Positions 28,213 to 42,556 of a DNA stretch of 64,000 nucleotides are shown one piece after another. The notes under the pieces are model-generated. The model ran no database searches, was not told the origin of the DNA, and worked only from the letters and a program-made list of their open reading frames with translations. The translations under genes and the position numbers were made by a program. Numbering within the stretch: position 1 is the first letter of the stretch; each line of letters begins with the position of its first letter. The stretch spans positions 70,122,001-70,186,000 of the forward strand of contig OX597831.1 in the NCBI GenBank assembly GCA_951406725.2, written 5' to 3'. The stretch comes from Octopus vulgaris (lineage: Eukaryota).

Positions 28213-28553
28213 TAAACCCCTTGTCATTCATGTTAAGGAAGTCTGAAGGATATCTCATTGGTTCACAAGGAAACAGAAATACCAGAATTACACAGTTTCT
28301 TTGAGGATGACTTAAAAACTTTATGCAAAGAATATGCATGAGATGGAAAAGATCCTTGACCTAGTCACAACATACTCAAAGAATGTAGGGTTAGAGTTTT
28401 GTCAGGTTAAATGTTGTTATATGGTTGTGAAAAGGGGGGAAACTATAAACCAGACTAGTAACATCTCCATCAATGATTTTAACTGTTTCCCCCGTATTTG
28501 ATGAGGAATGTAACAGGTATCTAGGGGTGGATGAAAATATATCTTACAGTGGC
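28213..28553 (+). mobile_element. R4/Dong-like reverse transcriptase fragment
   Basis: NPLSFMLRKSEGY...(frameshift) FEDDLKLYAKN...GLEFCQVKC...YLGVDEN, typical of RT domains 5-7 of RLE-type LINEs. Confidence 0.8.
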
Positions 28554-28691
28554 ACCTGCATGTGTATATATATATATATATTGACATATATAGATAAATA
28601 AAGAAATTGAGTTAAACGCAGGTTTTATTCAAATCTTTATACTTCTGACTTATGTTTCAAAGAAAACATATATATATACATATATATATAT

Positions 28692-28930
28692 TACTAGAAC
28701 AGGGTGCCACTGCATAGTGCCAAGGACTCCAAATTTACCATCAAGATATAAGACAAGGTACTGCAACATCTTGGGCTTTAGAGGACTACAATTCTTCAAT
28801 ATACTCCTGAAGGTGTTTTCAGAGGGAAACTGGACCTCTTACTTTCAAGTGTCCCAAATGGACCAACTTCACTGCAGGAAGTGCAGATGAGGGCAGTGGC
28901 ATCAAACTCCCTCATGCACCAAATGTCAAT
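28692..28930 (+). mobile_element. CR1-like LINE ORF2 C-terminal fragment
   Basis: ...LGFRGLQFFNILL...FRGKLDLLLSSVPNGP...RAVASNSL, resembling RGP.LFN.LP...FK.KLD.FL..IPD.P...AA.SNSL. Confidence 0.6.
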
Positions 28931-28974
28931 TTCTACAAAGAATTAGTGCTGTAAAATTATGTAGCAACACCATT

Positions 28975-29022
<48 letters not shown>

Positions 29023-29117
29023 ATCCAAACATGAAAACACAAAGAGAAAACACAACGCGAGGACATGGAACAAGTATAGTGTTATTGAACGCTCAGGAAG
29101 GGAAAGAAAGAAGGAGG

Positions 29118-29152
29118 ATTTAACGTTTCAAGCGGAGCTCTTCATCAGAAAC
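29118..29152 (-). ncRNA. Minimal type I hammerhead ribozyme motif
   Basis: Minus strand guuu-CUGAUGA-a-gagc-ucc-gcuu-GAAA-cg-uu-aaa. Confidence 0.72.
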
Positions 29153-29336
29153 ATAGGAAAAGGAAAGATCAGGTATGTACATATATGTATGTATATATGC
29201 ATATATTTACATATTATTTATATTATATATATATATATATATAAAGTTAATCGAAACATGAAAACACAACAATGCGAGGACGTGGAACAAGTATAGTGTT
29301 ATTGGACGCTCAGGAAAGGAAAGGAAAGAAGGAGGA

Positions 29337-29370
29337 TTTAACGTTTCGAGCAGAGCTCTTCGTCAGAAGC
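29337..29370 (-). ncRNA. Minimal type I hammerhead ribozyme motif
   Basis: Minus strand gcuu-CUGACGA-a-gagc-ucu-gcuc-GAAA-cg-uu-aaa. Confidence 0.72.
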
Positions 29371-29469
29371 ATAGGAAAAGGAAAGATCCAAGGAAGGGAA
29401 GACGGAGGAAAAAAATCGTCAACAGTACACACGCGGTCACATTTTGAATATATATATATACATACATAC

Positions 29470-29522
<53 letters not shown>

Positions 29523-30104
29523 TATATGTGCAGATGAATAATATATATATATATATATATACATATATGTGCAGATGAATAATTTTCAGTGGGTGTAGCT
29601 TGCACTGCACAACCCCCACCTATTTGCCCAAGAAGATTTTTGCCCATGTCACATGAAAATTGACAAAACCAGGAACTTCGAAGGCCATAGGTTTTATTTC
29701 AGAGATTTCCTTCTCCTAGGTTGATTGCCAAACAACGTTAAAGAGTTTCTACCTACCCATGCGGTAAGCTATTCCACTGACACTCAAACACTCAATGAAG
29801 TGATCAAATGTTACTCTGGTAACCGATGCGGATTAACTCATTCATACACAAAAACAAAAAACCAGTACGATGTCGGATTTGCACATATAGATACATAGAC
29901 AGACAGACAGATAATAGATAAATAGACACTTATTTACATGTATGTGTATGCATTTATGTATGTATAGTAACATTAATGTAGACTGTTGATTGCTTACTGA
30001 GAGCTTTTATCCTCAATGTTTGCACAACCAGAATGAATTTCTCTCACCCAATCTTTCTTCTTTTGTACACATACATACATGAACACACACACACACACAT
30101 TTTA

Positions 30105-30162
<58 letters not shown>

Positions 30163-30450
30163 CACACATGCATAAATACATCCAGCCTTACATGTACACA
30201 CACATGAAAAAGAAATTTCTCCACTACTAAATCAACAATTTATTTAGATTTGATTTTCAATTAAAACTCTGGTATTTATTTTGCTAATACACTTGTGATA
30301 TCTCCAAGAACATTCTTTCTTCAAAATATACTCCTAATCTTATAAAGTTCTTTATCACAGAAATACAGAAGGCATAAATTAATTTCAGAGTACTTATCAA
30401 CTCTGTAACTACATTTTCCTAACATTTGTTGTCATTTGATTTCATTACAG

Positions 30451-30578
30451 AAGTTACAATTGAGACAGGGATGTCTGATTGAATAGATTATTGGGTAACC
30501 AGCCATGAGTTTACCATTTCTTGTCATGCTATTGGTGGTCTGAAGACTCCTACTTTTCAGTTCGTTCATAATGCTGAG
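30451..30578 (+). pseudogene. Possible disabled exon encoding the first half of an Ig-like domain
   Basis: Acceptor tttcattacag, phase 1, reads VTIETGMSD*IDYWVTSHEFTISCHAIGGLKTPTFQFVHNAE and is followed by ataagt (donor-like, GT>AT). Confidence 0.3.
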
Positions 30579-30861
30579 ATAAGTTCTTGCTGTAGATTTA
30601 GACCACTAAAAAATGTGTCAATTAGTTGCAAGCCAATGAGTATTTATGCTGTTATTGCTAGAAATAACAGTGAAACTCTTGCTGAATTATACAATTCTAC
30701 CCGAGAAAAGAAAATCCATTGGTTAAAGTGGTCTGTGGTGCCCTGTTCCTATGAAAAAGTGCCTGATTGGAACTGATTTAAACAACATATAGCTTTAATC
30801 ATGCAAACTTACTTTTAGTTCTATCCCAATGATTACAGAATAAACTAAAATGAAACAAAAT

Positions 30862-30893
<32 letters not shown>

Positions 30894-31157
30894 ATTCTAT
30901 ATTAATTTCCTTTCTACTATAGACATAAGGCCTGAAATTTGGGGTGAGGAGTGGAAAAGTACGTAGATTACATCAGACCCAGCATGCAACTGGTACTTAT
31001 TTAATCAACCCTGAAAGGATAAAAAAGAAAGTCTACCTTGGTACAATCTGAACATAAAGACAGGACAAAATGTCACTAAGCATTTTAGCCAGTGTGCCAA
31101 CTTGCCATCTTAAAGAGTATGTATTTATTTCAACAGTGTTCTTTTCTCAGGTAGAAT

Positions 31158-31323
31158 AGGCGCAGGAGTGGCTGTGTGGTAAGTAGCTTGTTAACCAACC
31201 ACATGGTTCCAGATTCAGTCCCACTGCGTGACATCTTGGGCAAGTGTCTTCTGCTATAGCCCCGGGCCGACCAATGCCTTGTGAGTGGATTTGGGAGGTG
31301 GAAACTGAAAGAAGCCTGTCGTA

Positions 31324-31378
<55 letters not shown>

Positions 31379-31576
31379 TTGTCCCCCTAGCATTGCTTGA
31401 CAACCGATGCCTGTGTGTTTACATCCCCGTCACTTAGCGGTTCAGCAAAAAAGAGACCGATAGAATAAGTACTGGGCTTACAAAGAATAAGTCCCGGGGT
31501 CGATTTGCTCGACTAAAGGCGGTGCTCCAGCATGGCCGCAGTCAAATGACTGAAACATGTAAAAGAGTAAAAGAGT
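31158..31576 (+). mobile_element. SINE family A
   Basis: Full head, body and tail ending gtaaaagagtaaaagag. Confidence 0.9.
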
Positions 31577-33189
31577 GTGGACATACCACCTGTGATGCTT
31601 ATTTACAAATATGAAAATTTGGCCATTGAGTGTTAAGTACCTCGGGCAATGGACACAATGTAATATTGTTGAGGGGAATATGAAACAGTGACCATTCAGT
31701 TAAAACTGCAGAAGCAACAAACAGAAAAAGAACAATTAGTATGGATTTCATTATTTTTAAAGTATTGCACTGATTGGTTACTATTTATGTCCTTTTCATT
31801 GGAAATTAATAAATGAATAAATTAAAGCATTTTCTGTCTTATGCGCAAATACTGCACATTTTGAAAGAGACAACTGCTAATTATAGCAATCCGTGTCTTA
31901 GCTATTACTTTGTTTTAACAACCATAGGGGATTGAATGACAAAGTTAATTAAGATTTGATTTCAATTTAGGACATGCAGAAATGTAATGAAATGCTGCAA
32001 GGCATTTTGTCTGTCACTCTTATAGGTTTTGCCAAATCCCCACCCTAAAATAAATCAAATATATATGATAAATGAGTTTTTTCTTTTCAGTATTTTCGTG
32101 ATTTCATTTAATTTCTTTAAAATAATTCTATCACTCCTCAAGTTGGTGTAATACATAGATCCACACTGAATAATTAACTAAATCAGTATTACCACCAGGC
32201 ATTACTCACCGATGTTAACAATCTGCTTCTAACAATCTCATTTCATTTGATGGCACACACACTGTCTAAAAAGTGTGGGAAAATACACATACACACACAT
32301 ACACACACACACAAACACACACAAACACACACAAACACACACACACAGACTAGGAAATTTACAAAACATGAAAGATAATACATTCTAAAGTGACAATAAT
32401 GCAAACTGAATTCTGTTTCATTTTCAGAAGTTTACTAAAGAAATTAAATTTCAAATACAGACTGAGGATGTATTTTGAAAAGATAACGTTGCCAAAATTC
32501 TTAATTAAACCAAATCAAGTTTTAAAAAAAGCTTTCACATTTTTCTGAAGTAATAGTATAGTTATTCTCTATCCTCTCTTTGATTCATAATGAAAGTATT
32601 TTTTATATAATGCTTTAGTTTTGAGTGAGAGCTCACTAAATACTTATGAAGGATTTATCAAAATACATATATGAAATGCAAAAATAAGTACCACTAAGTT
32701 ATGTATGGCAGAATTCTAGTGAAGGTGGATTGATGTAGAAATAGAAGCCATAGGTTGTTAAGGTGCTAAATGATGGAATATTGTTTTATGGTTCATATTC
32801 CTTCATCAGCTTCCTTACTCACTCTATCCAAATTCCCAAAGTAATTCCTCTCATTCTTCTCCCAACACACCAACATTGATTTTTTTTCCAATGCAAAACC
32901 ACAAATAGATGCCTGATATTTTGTAATTATACTTTCAGGATGAAAGCAAGATTGGCTGAATAGATATCATCAGAGAAGCTTCTAATTAATAAGTCAGTAC
33001 TCTGTATGCCTAACAGGATAAATTGGCACAGGCCTTAGCTTCAAATCCTGCTAAGGCCTTAGCTTCAATCCCCCCACCCTTCCATTTATGCATGAGCAAT
33101 AACTATATTGCTACCCAAAGTTATGGATTGGCAGAATTATGAGGATGTCAAACCAAGTGTGTCTTATGGTATCCATTATTGCTCTATGC

Positions 33190-33577
33190 GGAGGCGCAAT
33201 GGCTCAGTGGTTAGGGCAGCGGACTCGCAGTCATAGGATCGCGGTTTCGATTCCCAGACCGGGCGTTGTGAGTGTTTATTGAGCGAATACACCTAAAAGC
33301 TCCACGAGGCTCTGGCAGGGGATGGTGGTGATCCCTGCTGTACTCTTTCACCACAACTTTCTCTCAATCTTACTTCCTGTTTCTGTTGTACCTGTATTTC
33401 AAAGGGTTGGCCTTGTCACTCTCTGTGTCACGCTGAATATCCCCGAGAACTACGTTGAGATTAAAAGGTGTCTGTGGAGTGCTCAGCCACTTACACATTA
33501 ATTTCATGAGCAGGCTGTTCCGTTGATTCAGGTAAACTGGAACCCTCATCGTCATAACCGACGGAGTGCTTCCATCC
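33190..33577 (+). mobile_element. SINE family C with 12-bp TSD
   Basis: TSD attgctctatgc at 33178-33189 and 33578-33589. Confidence 0.92.
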
Positions 33578-34577
33578 ATTGCTCTATGCTCCCTGATTTC
33601 AACATCCTACCTAAACCTCCATTGTAGTGAAGTAGCCTCTTATAGATAGATTAATAAAGCAGGAAAATAAATAAATAAATATAATAAAAGATACCAGACT
33701 CAAAAAAGTTTATACCCTTATAAAGTAGTACCTAATAGATGACTATGAGGATGATGATATCAACAGATATCATTGTAGCCATGCTGAAACACTAAAACAT
33801 CTCAAATGGCCTTACAATGAAAATAAGTGGAACAAAGTAAAACCAGGTTATTTTTCTGTAAGCAAAAGCAGCACTGTAAATTCAACATTCTGCCTCAAAT
33901 AACTTGTGACTATAGCTTAGAAAGGCAGGGATACTGCCAAGCTGACTGACTGCCACTCTCTATTCTATAAAAGGACATTTGAGTTTTAGAAATAATACAA
34001 AAAAAGTAAATAAATAAAATAAAACTTATTGATTATAAAGAGGGACAGAAGATCTTGTGATAGTTTGCCCTGTTAATACAACAGCATTTATTATATGTTT
34101 AGAACGGCTACAGAATTCATAGAAAAATAATTTTCAATTACTATATTAATTTGAGAGCCAACCATACAATACATGAATGATTTCTACTTCTCCAGCTCCA
34201 TATTATATTGCATCTTTGATATGCATTGATCTCCAGTCTATTGATTTCCAAGTGCTACTGTCTAGCTATACGTATTTTGAACAGATGGACCATGTTGCAA
34301 TTGTTTTTTTACATTTTTTCATACTAAATTTAAGTTTTTTAAAATTCAGTTTTGGGGACAAACATAACACCTAATACCATTTCCAAACTGATAACTCAGA
34401 TACAAACTATGCAACAAAACCATACAACACAAAAATTATTTGGTAATGTGTATGTATGTATATATACATACATATATATATATCTGCATGTATATATATA
34501 AATATATATATGCATGTATATATATATATATATATATGCATGTATGTATATAAATATATATATATATATATGCATGC

Positions 34578-34626
<49 letters not shown>

Positions 34627-35118
34627 TGTATATAAATATATATATATATATATATGCATTTATATATATATATAAATATATATATCAGTAATAATAAAAG
34701 GGTGAAATTAATTAATTAGGGATAATTATCAATTACACCAAGTAGATTTCGGTATGTAAAGCCCCATTCGAGGAAAATTTAAGTAATACTAAGTAATTAA
34801 GGGTTTAGCAACGAATTGCCATATATATATATATATATATATATAAATATATATATATATATGCATGTATATATATAAATATATATATGGTGCAAAAAAA
34901 AACATGAGGTGAAAGAATAGCAAGGAAGGTGTTTTAGGTTTATGCTCAGGAAAAGTGGAAGAACTCTTTCTCATTTTTAGTCAACAGTCTTCTAAAGAAA
35001 GGATAGATGAGACGAGAGAAAAGATGGAGAGAAAAAAATGTCTGAAATAAATGGTCAAACCACACATACACACATACATATGAGTACTACCAGATTACTT
35101 GAATCCATATATTGTGAC

Positions 35119-35162
<44 letters not shown>

Positions 35163-35399
35163 ATGATGATGATGGTGATGATGATAGGCATACATGTTCA
35201 CTCATGCACAAGCGAAGCATAAATGCGTGCATACACACATATTTGTGCAGAAATATATAGCAAAAGAACAATAAGACAATAATTAAAACAAGATTTAATT
35301 TAAGGAAATATGAAAGATTTCCTGACATGCTTGGGTTGAGTCCTCTATGACAGTTCTTAACCATTTCTCAAACAGTAGTGTTCCAGTGCAACCAAATAC

Positions 35400-36900
35400 A
35401 TATTTTGAGACACTTGGTGTTGAAATCGTCAACATTTACAGAATATACTTTTTAAAAGTTCCTTGTTAGTTCTTAATTCAAAAATTACTAATAATGGTGC
35501 TGTTTATATTCTGAACCCAGTTATTTTTGCATCATAACTTCTTCACAGAGTTGAATACAACAAAGATTGCTTTGGTTGATTTTCAAAGAATGCTGAATCT
35601 TAGTTCATCTCTGTTCTCTGCATTTTCTGCCTTGTTTTCATGAGGAGGGATTTTATAGTCATTTGGAAGTAATTGTTCTTCCTCTGTTTTCATTGTTTCA
35701 CATTCAGTTTTCTTTATCAGAGATTTTTCTCCTTTCTTCCGTTAATATTTTAATCTGCTTTTGTTTCTTCCCCATTACATAAAGAAGATATGGTACTGCA
35801 GTTTGGTACCGTTAGAAGGAAAGGTATTTGCTCATCAATTTGTGATTCTGGATATGAAGATATTTTCTTTGCTATCTGCAGGTGGTGTTCTGCAAACAGA
35901 TTTAGAGTTCTAATTGTTGTTGCCGTTGCTTTCCATTATTTTCATTTTCCTTGTTTCTGCTTAATCTTTCCAGTTCTTCATGGCATTCAAGAATAAGGGG
36001 ACAAACACAACAACGGTGTTTTTATACCTTATAACATCAAACTTGTGCTTTTGTCTTGGTGCCTTCTCCTAGGAACAGTTACAGTATGGATTAGTAACTC
36101 TCGAGTGTCATTAGGACTTGCAAATCTATTTTGACAATTTCTGGCCACATTTTACCTTTCTTTAAACCTGCTTAAATCAATTCCCCGTATCACAACACAA
36201 AAGTCCCTGTGAGCCATAGGTCGATGTTGTCTTCAATGTATTTTATTGTGACTCTTGTGTCTTCCACCCATGCCAAACACAAATGTATAATTTGAGGTGT
36301 ACCCAGTCTTGGACTTCTTTTTTCAATTTTAAAAGTAAAGCAAATAGAACTAAAGCTCTTGCTTTTATCGTTTGCGATGATTTCTCCCCAAATGGCTTGG
36401 AGAGTTTGTTGTACTACTTGGCATCAAGGGAAATTAATCTGCCATCTTCTAACTTTGCAATTTCCTGGATTATTTCCAGCAGCAAAGAAATGCAGTTAGA
36501 TGATACAAAATTCTACCCTCTACATTCTATTTTCTTGTAACTGAGGTAGGTTAAAAACTTTCTTCCTATAAAATGGAACTGAAGCAAGGTTTCTCTCAAA
36601 GCTACTATATGAATGAGCCGTATTATCTGGAATTGTATAAGAGTTGCTGGTATTTTGTTGTTGTTGCTGTCTTTGAAATTTCTTTATTGAATACTTAAAG
36701 CATTTTCTTCCCTTAATTGTTCTTTTCTTCTCTTCCTTTAGCTGTGTGTTTTGATTTTGTTTGTATTTTAGCCACTGTAGTGTTTTTACTGTGCATCATA
36801 AATGTGTGTAGTAGCTGTTTTGGATGTGAAAAGCTAATATGCATAAAATTCTAAAAGTTTTTGAAAGAAACCTTTTTTTGTTTTTCTGTCAAACCTCTGA
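35400..36900 (-). mobile_element. Possible decayed LINE ORF1 (gag-knuckle-like) relic
   Basis: A-rich minus strand with coding-like composition and a VTVPRRR...CCVCP segment near 35990-36085; heavily disrupted. Confidence 0.3.
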
Positions 36901-37096
36901 GTATCAAAAGATGTGACTCCTTGTGAAATTATAGGCCCTTTAGAAGTTCTCTTTGGAAAATTTAATTTGGTAATGCTAAAATAAAATGCATTTTGAAGGG
37001 AAAATGAAAAAAAGTAAGTCTTAACACTGATGGAGTCAATATGATGAAGATAATGATAATGATGATAATAATGATGATGGTAATGAAGATAATGAT

Positions 37097-37378
37097 CATC
37101 ATCATCATTTAACGTCCGTTCTCCATGCTAGCATGGGTTGGACGGTTCAACTGGGGTCTGGGAAGCCAGAAGGCTGCACCAGGCTCCAGTCTGAACTGGC
37201 AGTGTTTCTACAGCTGGATGCCCTTCCTAACGCCAACCACTCCGTGAGTGTAGTGGGTGCTTTTTACATGTCACTGGCACAGGTGCCAGGCGAGGCTGGC
37301 AATGGCCATGATTGGATTGGTGCTTTTTACGTGCCACCAGCATGGAAGCCAGTTAAGGCGTGCTGGCATCGGCCACAT
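37097..37378 (-). mobile_element. SINE-like family D
   Basis: (CAT)n ttaacgtccg...ctggatgcccttcctaacgccaacc, with two internal units. Confidence 0.8.
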
Positions 37379-38003
37379 GATAATGATGATGGTGATGATG
37401 ATGATGACAACGATGATGATGACGACAATGACGATGATGATGATGATGATAATGATGTTGACAATGGTGTGGTAGTGATGGCAGTGAAAGTGTTGCTGTC
37501 ACAGTTATTGTTTACAGTGTCTGGTTTAACTGTGAGGCTAGGCCTATAAAAATTATTTGAACAAGGATGTACTCTATGTAGGAATAAATATGCTACATAC
37601 TGTATCATATTAAAATATAGAAAGCATTTTGGCAATACAGGTTTTGTTATTTAACCCTTGGTCAGTGCTTTCCAAACAGATTTATAATTCAAAACAAGCA
37701 TTCTACTAGTGATCATTTCATTTTCCTTGGACTGCCCTTTCTTAGTAGAGTTTACAATATTTTGTATTGGCATTGAAAAGGCTTTGTTCCCATGATGTTT
37801 TCCTGATGGATAATATTTCCCATATTATTTCCCACTATTTCTTATATTATTGAGAGGAAGCTGGAATTCATGGATGAATATTTTACAAGCTTATTTCTAA
37901 ATGTTGCAATTACAATGAATCTTCTTCTGAAAAGAGACAACAGAAAATGTAACAATATACTGGCTTACTTACCAAGGTAATGATATCATTTTCAAATGTG
38001 AAT

Positions 38004-38400
38004 AGGTGCAGGCATGGCTGTGCAGTAAGAAACTTACTTGCTTTCCACGTGGTTCCAGGTTCTGTCCTACTGCATGGCACCTTGGGCAAGTGTCTTCTAC
38101 AATAACCCTGGGCTGACCAAAATCTTGTGAGTGTATTTCATAGACAGAAACTGAAAGAAGCCCATTATATATGTGTGTGTGTGTGTGTTTGTGTCAGTGG
38201 TTGTTCACCACCATTGCTTGAGAACTAGTGATGGTATGTTTACATCTCCTTAACTTAACAATTCAGCAAAAGAGATTGATAGAATAAGTACCAGGCTTAA
38301 AAAGAAGTACAGGGGTTGATTCATGCGACTAAAATACTTCAAGGCAGTACCCCAGCATGGCCACAGTCTAATAGTTGAAACAAGTAAACGATAAAAGAAA
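38004..38400 (+). mobile_element. SINE family A, older copy
   Basis: Colinear with 16004-16392, CpG-decayed. Confidence 0.8.
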
Positions 38401-38650
38401 AATGGTTCTTACACCATGATAGAGATGTTGATTCTAACATTTAAAGTAAGGCAGTTCTACAAAGAAATAGGACATTTCTCATTTTCTCCAAAGGTAGGAA
38501 CTGCTTGAAATATTAGAATTCATATTTCTGTTCTGGCACACAAACTAATTTATAATGAGCCTGTAAGGGTACCTTTTTGAGGGCAACCATATCACCCACA
38601 AACTACACCCTACTATTGTGGTGCACCTAAGCACTGTATACAATAATTTC

Positions 38651-38896
38651 ATTCATCATCATCATCATCATCATTTAACGTCCGTTCTCCATAATAGCAT
38701 GGGTTGGACAATTCGACCGGGGATCTGGGAAGCCAGAAGGCTGCACCAGGCTCCAGTCTGATCTGGCAGTGTTTCTACAGCTGGATGCCCTTCCTAACGC
38801 CAACCACTCCGTGAGTGTAGTGGGTGCTTTTTATGTGCCACCGACACAGGTGCCAGGGGAGGCTGGCAACGGCCACGATCGGATTGGTGCTTTTTA
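38651..38896 (-). mobile_element. SINE-like family D
   Basis: Closely matches 37097-37378. Confidence 0.8.
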
Positions 38897-39814
38897 TTAT
38901 TATATATTTAGAAAAAAACAAACACATTGGATAAATACATTATGTATGAAAAAGACTTGATGGTCATGGTTGAAATGTCTTTGATGAAAAGCTTGCTCGA
39001 TCAGTACTTGTGTGGGTTTTACAAGAACAAAACTAATAACGGCAGCAATCATTTCATAACTGCCACAGTCCTTGCCTAGTTCTCTCAGTCTATAATTTTA
39101 TATATACTAACATTCTCTTGAACATATCTAAATGATATAAACTGCAGAATATAACAAATTATTCATCAGAAAAATGCTGTAAAAGGAATAATGATTATGA
39201 AACATTACTATTATAAAAACTGCTTAAAGAATTTATTAATATATTTGGCAGCCATTAAATAGCTGTCACTTGTTGCTGCTAATTCTTTAAAGCGTCTGGA
39301 ATTCTTTCAGCAAATGTCACGTAACAATTGTGATATATTCTACTCAATATTATAGTTCTCTTTAAGGGCATCTTATCATGAATAGTAAGTGTGCAATTTC
39401 AAATCTACCTCTTCCTGTCTAGTTCTGTTCATTCTGTGCCAAATGTGAATGCTTCTGTCCATTTACAGCATCTACTGAAGAATAAAGCTAATAAGATGAA
39501 CCAATTTTCTTATACTCTGTCGCCACAATAATGAATGGAACCAAATGACTACATTACCGGCAACATCTATTCACACACACACACACATACACACACACAA
39601 GACAGCTTTAAACTTCTCCCTTATTGCCATGCAAAAATCATTCTCATTTCCATTATAAAACAAATAATCATTCCTTTTTAAAGTAGCTGTGGGAAATTCT
39701 TGACTATAATTATTGTGCTATACACACATACGTGCATGCATACATACACACAAACACACATACATATACATGCATACATGCATACTCACATACACACATA
39801 TACATGAATGTGTG

Positions 39815-39848
<34 letters not shown>

Positions 39849-39851
<3 letters not shown>

Positions 39852-40134
39852 CATCTTCATCATCATTTAGAGTCCGTTTTCCATGCTAGCATGGGTTGGA
39901 CGGTTCAACTGGGGTCTGTGAAGCCGGAAGGCTTCATCAGGCCCAGTCAGATCTGGCAGTGTTTCTATGGCTGGATGCCCTTCCTAATGCCAACCACTCC
40001 ATGAATGTAGTGGGTGCTTTTTACGTGCCACCCGCACAGGTGCCAGACAGAGCTGGCAAACGGCCACAAACAGATGGTGCTTTTACGAGGCGAGGCTGGC
40101 AACGGACATGAACGGATGGTGCTTTTATGTGCCA
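39849..40134 (-). mobile_element. SINE-like family D
   Basis: Same core, with three ggtgctttt(t)acg-type units. Confidence 0.78.
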
Positions 40135-40141
40135 AGATGTT

Positions 40142-40484
40142 GGAGGTGCAATGGCCTAGTGGTTAGGGCAGTGGACTTGTGATCGTGGGATCACTGTTTC
40201 GCTTTCCAGACTAGGTATTGTGAGTATTTACACCTAAAGCTCCACGAGGCTCCAGCAGGGGGTGATGCCAAACCCTGCTGTACTCTTTCCCCACAACTTT
40301 CTTTCACTTTTTTTTTCCTGGTTCTGTTGTACCTGTATTTCAAAGGGCCAGCCTTGTCACACACTGTTTCATGCTGAATCTCCCCGAGAACTACGTTAAG
40401 AGTACACATGTCTGTGGAGTGCTCAGCTACTTACACATTCGGATCAACTGGAAACCTCGTCGTTGTAACCGACGGAGTGCCACA
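40142..40484 (+). mobile_element. SINE family C, older copy with internal deletions
   Basis: Head ggaggtgcaatggcctagtgg; ends ccgacggagtgcca. Confidence 0.82.
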
Positions 40485-40581
40485 ACATTATATAGATAGA
40501 TAAGTAGATAAATGCATATGTATATGCATATACATAAACATATATGCATATGCATATATATATGTACATGTATGTGTGTAC

Positions 40582-40632
<51 letters not shown>

Positions 40633-41150
40633 AATATATTATGTATGATGTATGTTTGACTATACATATATGCAAATGTGTATATATACATATGTAATAT
40701 GTGAATATATATGTGCATGGATAGATATGTGTGTGTGTGCATACATGTATGTGTGTGTGTGTGTATGTGTAACAGACACAGACACACATATGTATAGTCA
40801 TATATCTTACAATATCATGCAGACCTAAGGTCTGCTTGATATTCTTTTTAGCATTTTTAATCATTCCATGTAGAGAAAGAATTATTATGCCAGCCAAACT
40901 TATATTATCCATACCATTTAACCTTCATTTATTGCTTTCATTGTATAAATATTCCATTTGTTCCTATTGATTTTTTTAAAATTTATTTTCCTGTTCAATA
41001 TTTGAACCTCCCCAGCATGAATTCCTTCCTTTTTATCTCCCATCAGAGACTAATTCTTGTCTTTATTTATATTCCTCTTCTAAAATAAATGAACTTAACA
41101 TATTTCTCAGACTATATTCAAATGACTATTTTAAAAGCTGACTGCTTTAA

Positions 41151-41370
41151 CCCTTTAGTGTTTAAACTGGCCATACCAGGCCAAAATTGTCTTCCTGTTT
41201 TATGTTCAAACCAGCCAGCTCTGACCTCTCCCACCTACCCTACAAAGTCATTCTAAAAATAAACAGGGACATCATCAAAATCTCAGAATTACAAGATGCT
41301 GTACAATTAATTTAAAACAATGTGATTAAACAGGCTTTACATTTGACAGAGTAATCTGAGTGTTAAAGGG
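41151..41370. mobile_element. piggyBac-type MITE (TTAA TSD)
   Basis: ttaa|ccctttagtg...tgttaaaggg|ttaa; homologous to 16597-16788. Confidence 0.82.
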
Positions 41371-41764
41371 TTAAATACCAACGGCCAGGCACGGTTGCAT
41401 TGTTAAGAAGTTAATTTCATAGCCACATAGGACTTGGTTTGATCCTACTGAGTGACAATTCAAGAATGTGTCTTCTAGAAAATCTTATAGATTCTGCAGG
41501 TGGGAAATTCCTCTCCAAGTCACAGTTCTGGGCAAGGTTTCTTCAGTAAAAGACAAGCTGTCACCCATGCAGGCAATTCACTATTCACACCATTGATAGT
41601 AACCAAGAGAAAAGCAAGACCAATATAATTTGGCACAAGTGTTCATGCAGATGTTGCTGTTAGAATGCTGAAGCAAGTGCAAGACATTCCATCTAGTACT
41701 CTAACTTCCATAATTCATGGCTCTGTATTAACAATTCTATTGTTGTTATTATTATTATTATTAT

Positions 41765-41821
<57 letters not shown>

Positions 41822-41947
41822 CACCACTACTACCACCACTACTACTACTACTATTATTATTATTATTATTATTATTATTGTTATTATTATCATTATTTTT
41901 ATTATTAATATTATTATCACCATTATTATTATTATTATTATTATTAT

Positions 41948-42490
41948 TGAGTGAGAGAGCAGTGCATGCCATCAAAGTGACACTGGGGTAAAATATACGA
42001 AGCCCAATATACCCATCATGACTACATGTCTGATAAGGGTACACCAGGCACATGCATCACAACCATATGTGCGCGGCATGGTGATCTCATATCAAGATAA
42101 ACAGCACATGACCTTGGAGGTGGGGCCCAGTTAGAATTTTCTTCAGGTTGAGTAGCCCATCCCGCTCAAAAGGTCCCTGAATAAGGGTTGTTTAAGGATG
42201 TTGAAAGAACCACCCATGTTTCCAGAGGTGACTTATTCAAACCCCAAAGAATCCCTCTCAACACATGGCTATGATGCTCCCCCACTACTTCTGCTCATGA
42301 TCAGAGATGCACATATCGTCAGCCACTAAGGGACATGCTCAACTGGTTAAGGTCAAACAACTGACAAGCAAATCTGTGGTATTGAGCAGAATATTTGCTG
42401 TAGCCCATCCTTTTATACCGAGACAAAACAATGTACATGATAACACTTCCAATCAGTTAAGATCAGAAGCCATGAGAGCCACTGCCTGTT
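41948..42490 (-). mobile_element. Family E element
   Basis: Best-preserved copy; (TAT)n on both sides. Confidence 0.88.
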
Positions 42491-42492
42491 GC

Positions 42493-42546
<54 letters not shown>

Positions 42547-42556
42547 CATTATTATT

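Larger units (their letters stand above)
29018..29446 (-). mobile_element. Two tandem Penelope-like terminal repeats (29018-29170 and 29246-29446)
   Basis: Direct repeats of ~150 bp separated by (TA)n, each carrying a hammerhead core. A decayed relative lies at ~34890-35060. Confidence 0.7.

Noticed and set aside
30480-30482. In-frame TGA as selenocysteine or read-through
   Set aside because: No SECIS recognised, and CGA>TGA decay is common in this window.
33190-33265. tRNA gene
   Set aside because: tRNA-derived SINE head continuing into a SINE body with a TSD; no proper acceptor stem or terminator.
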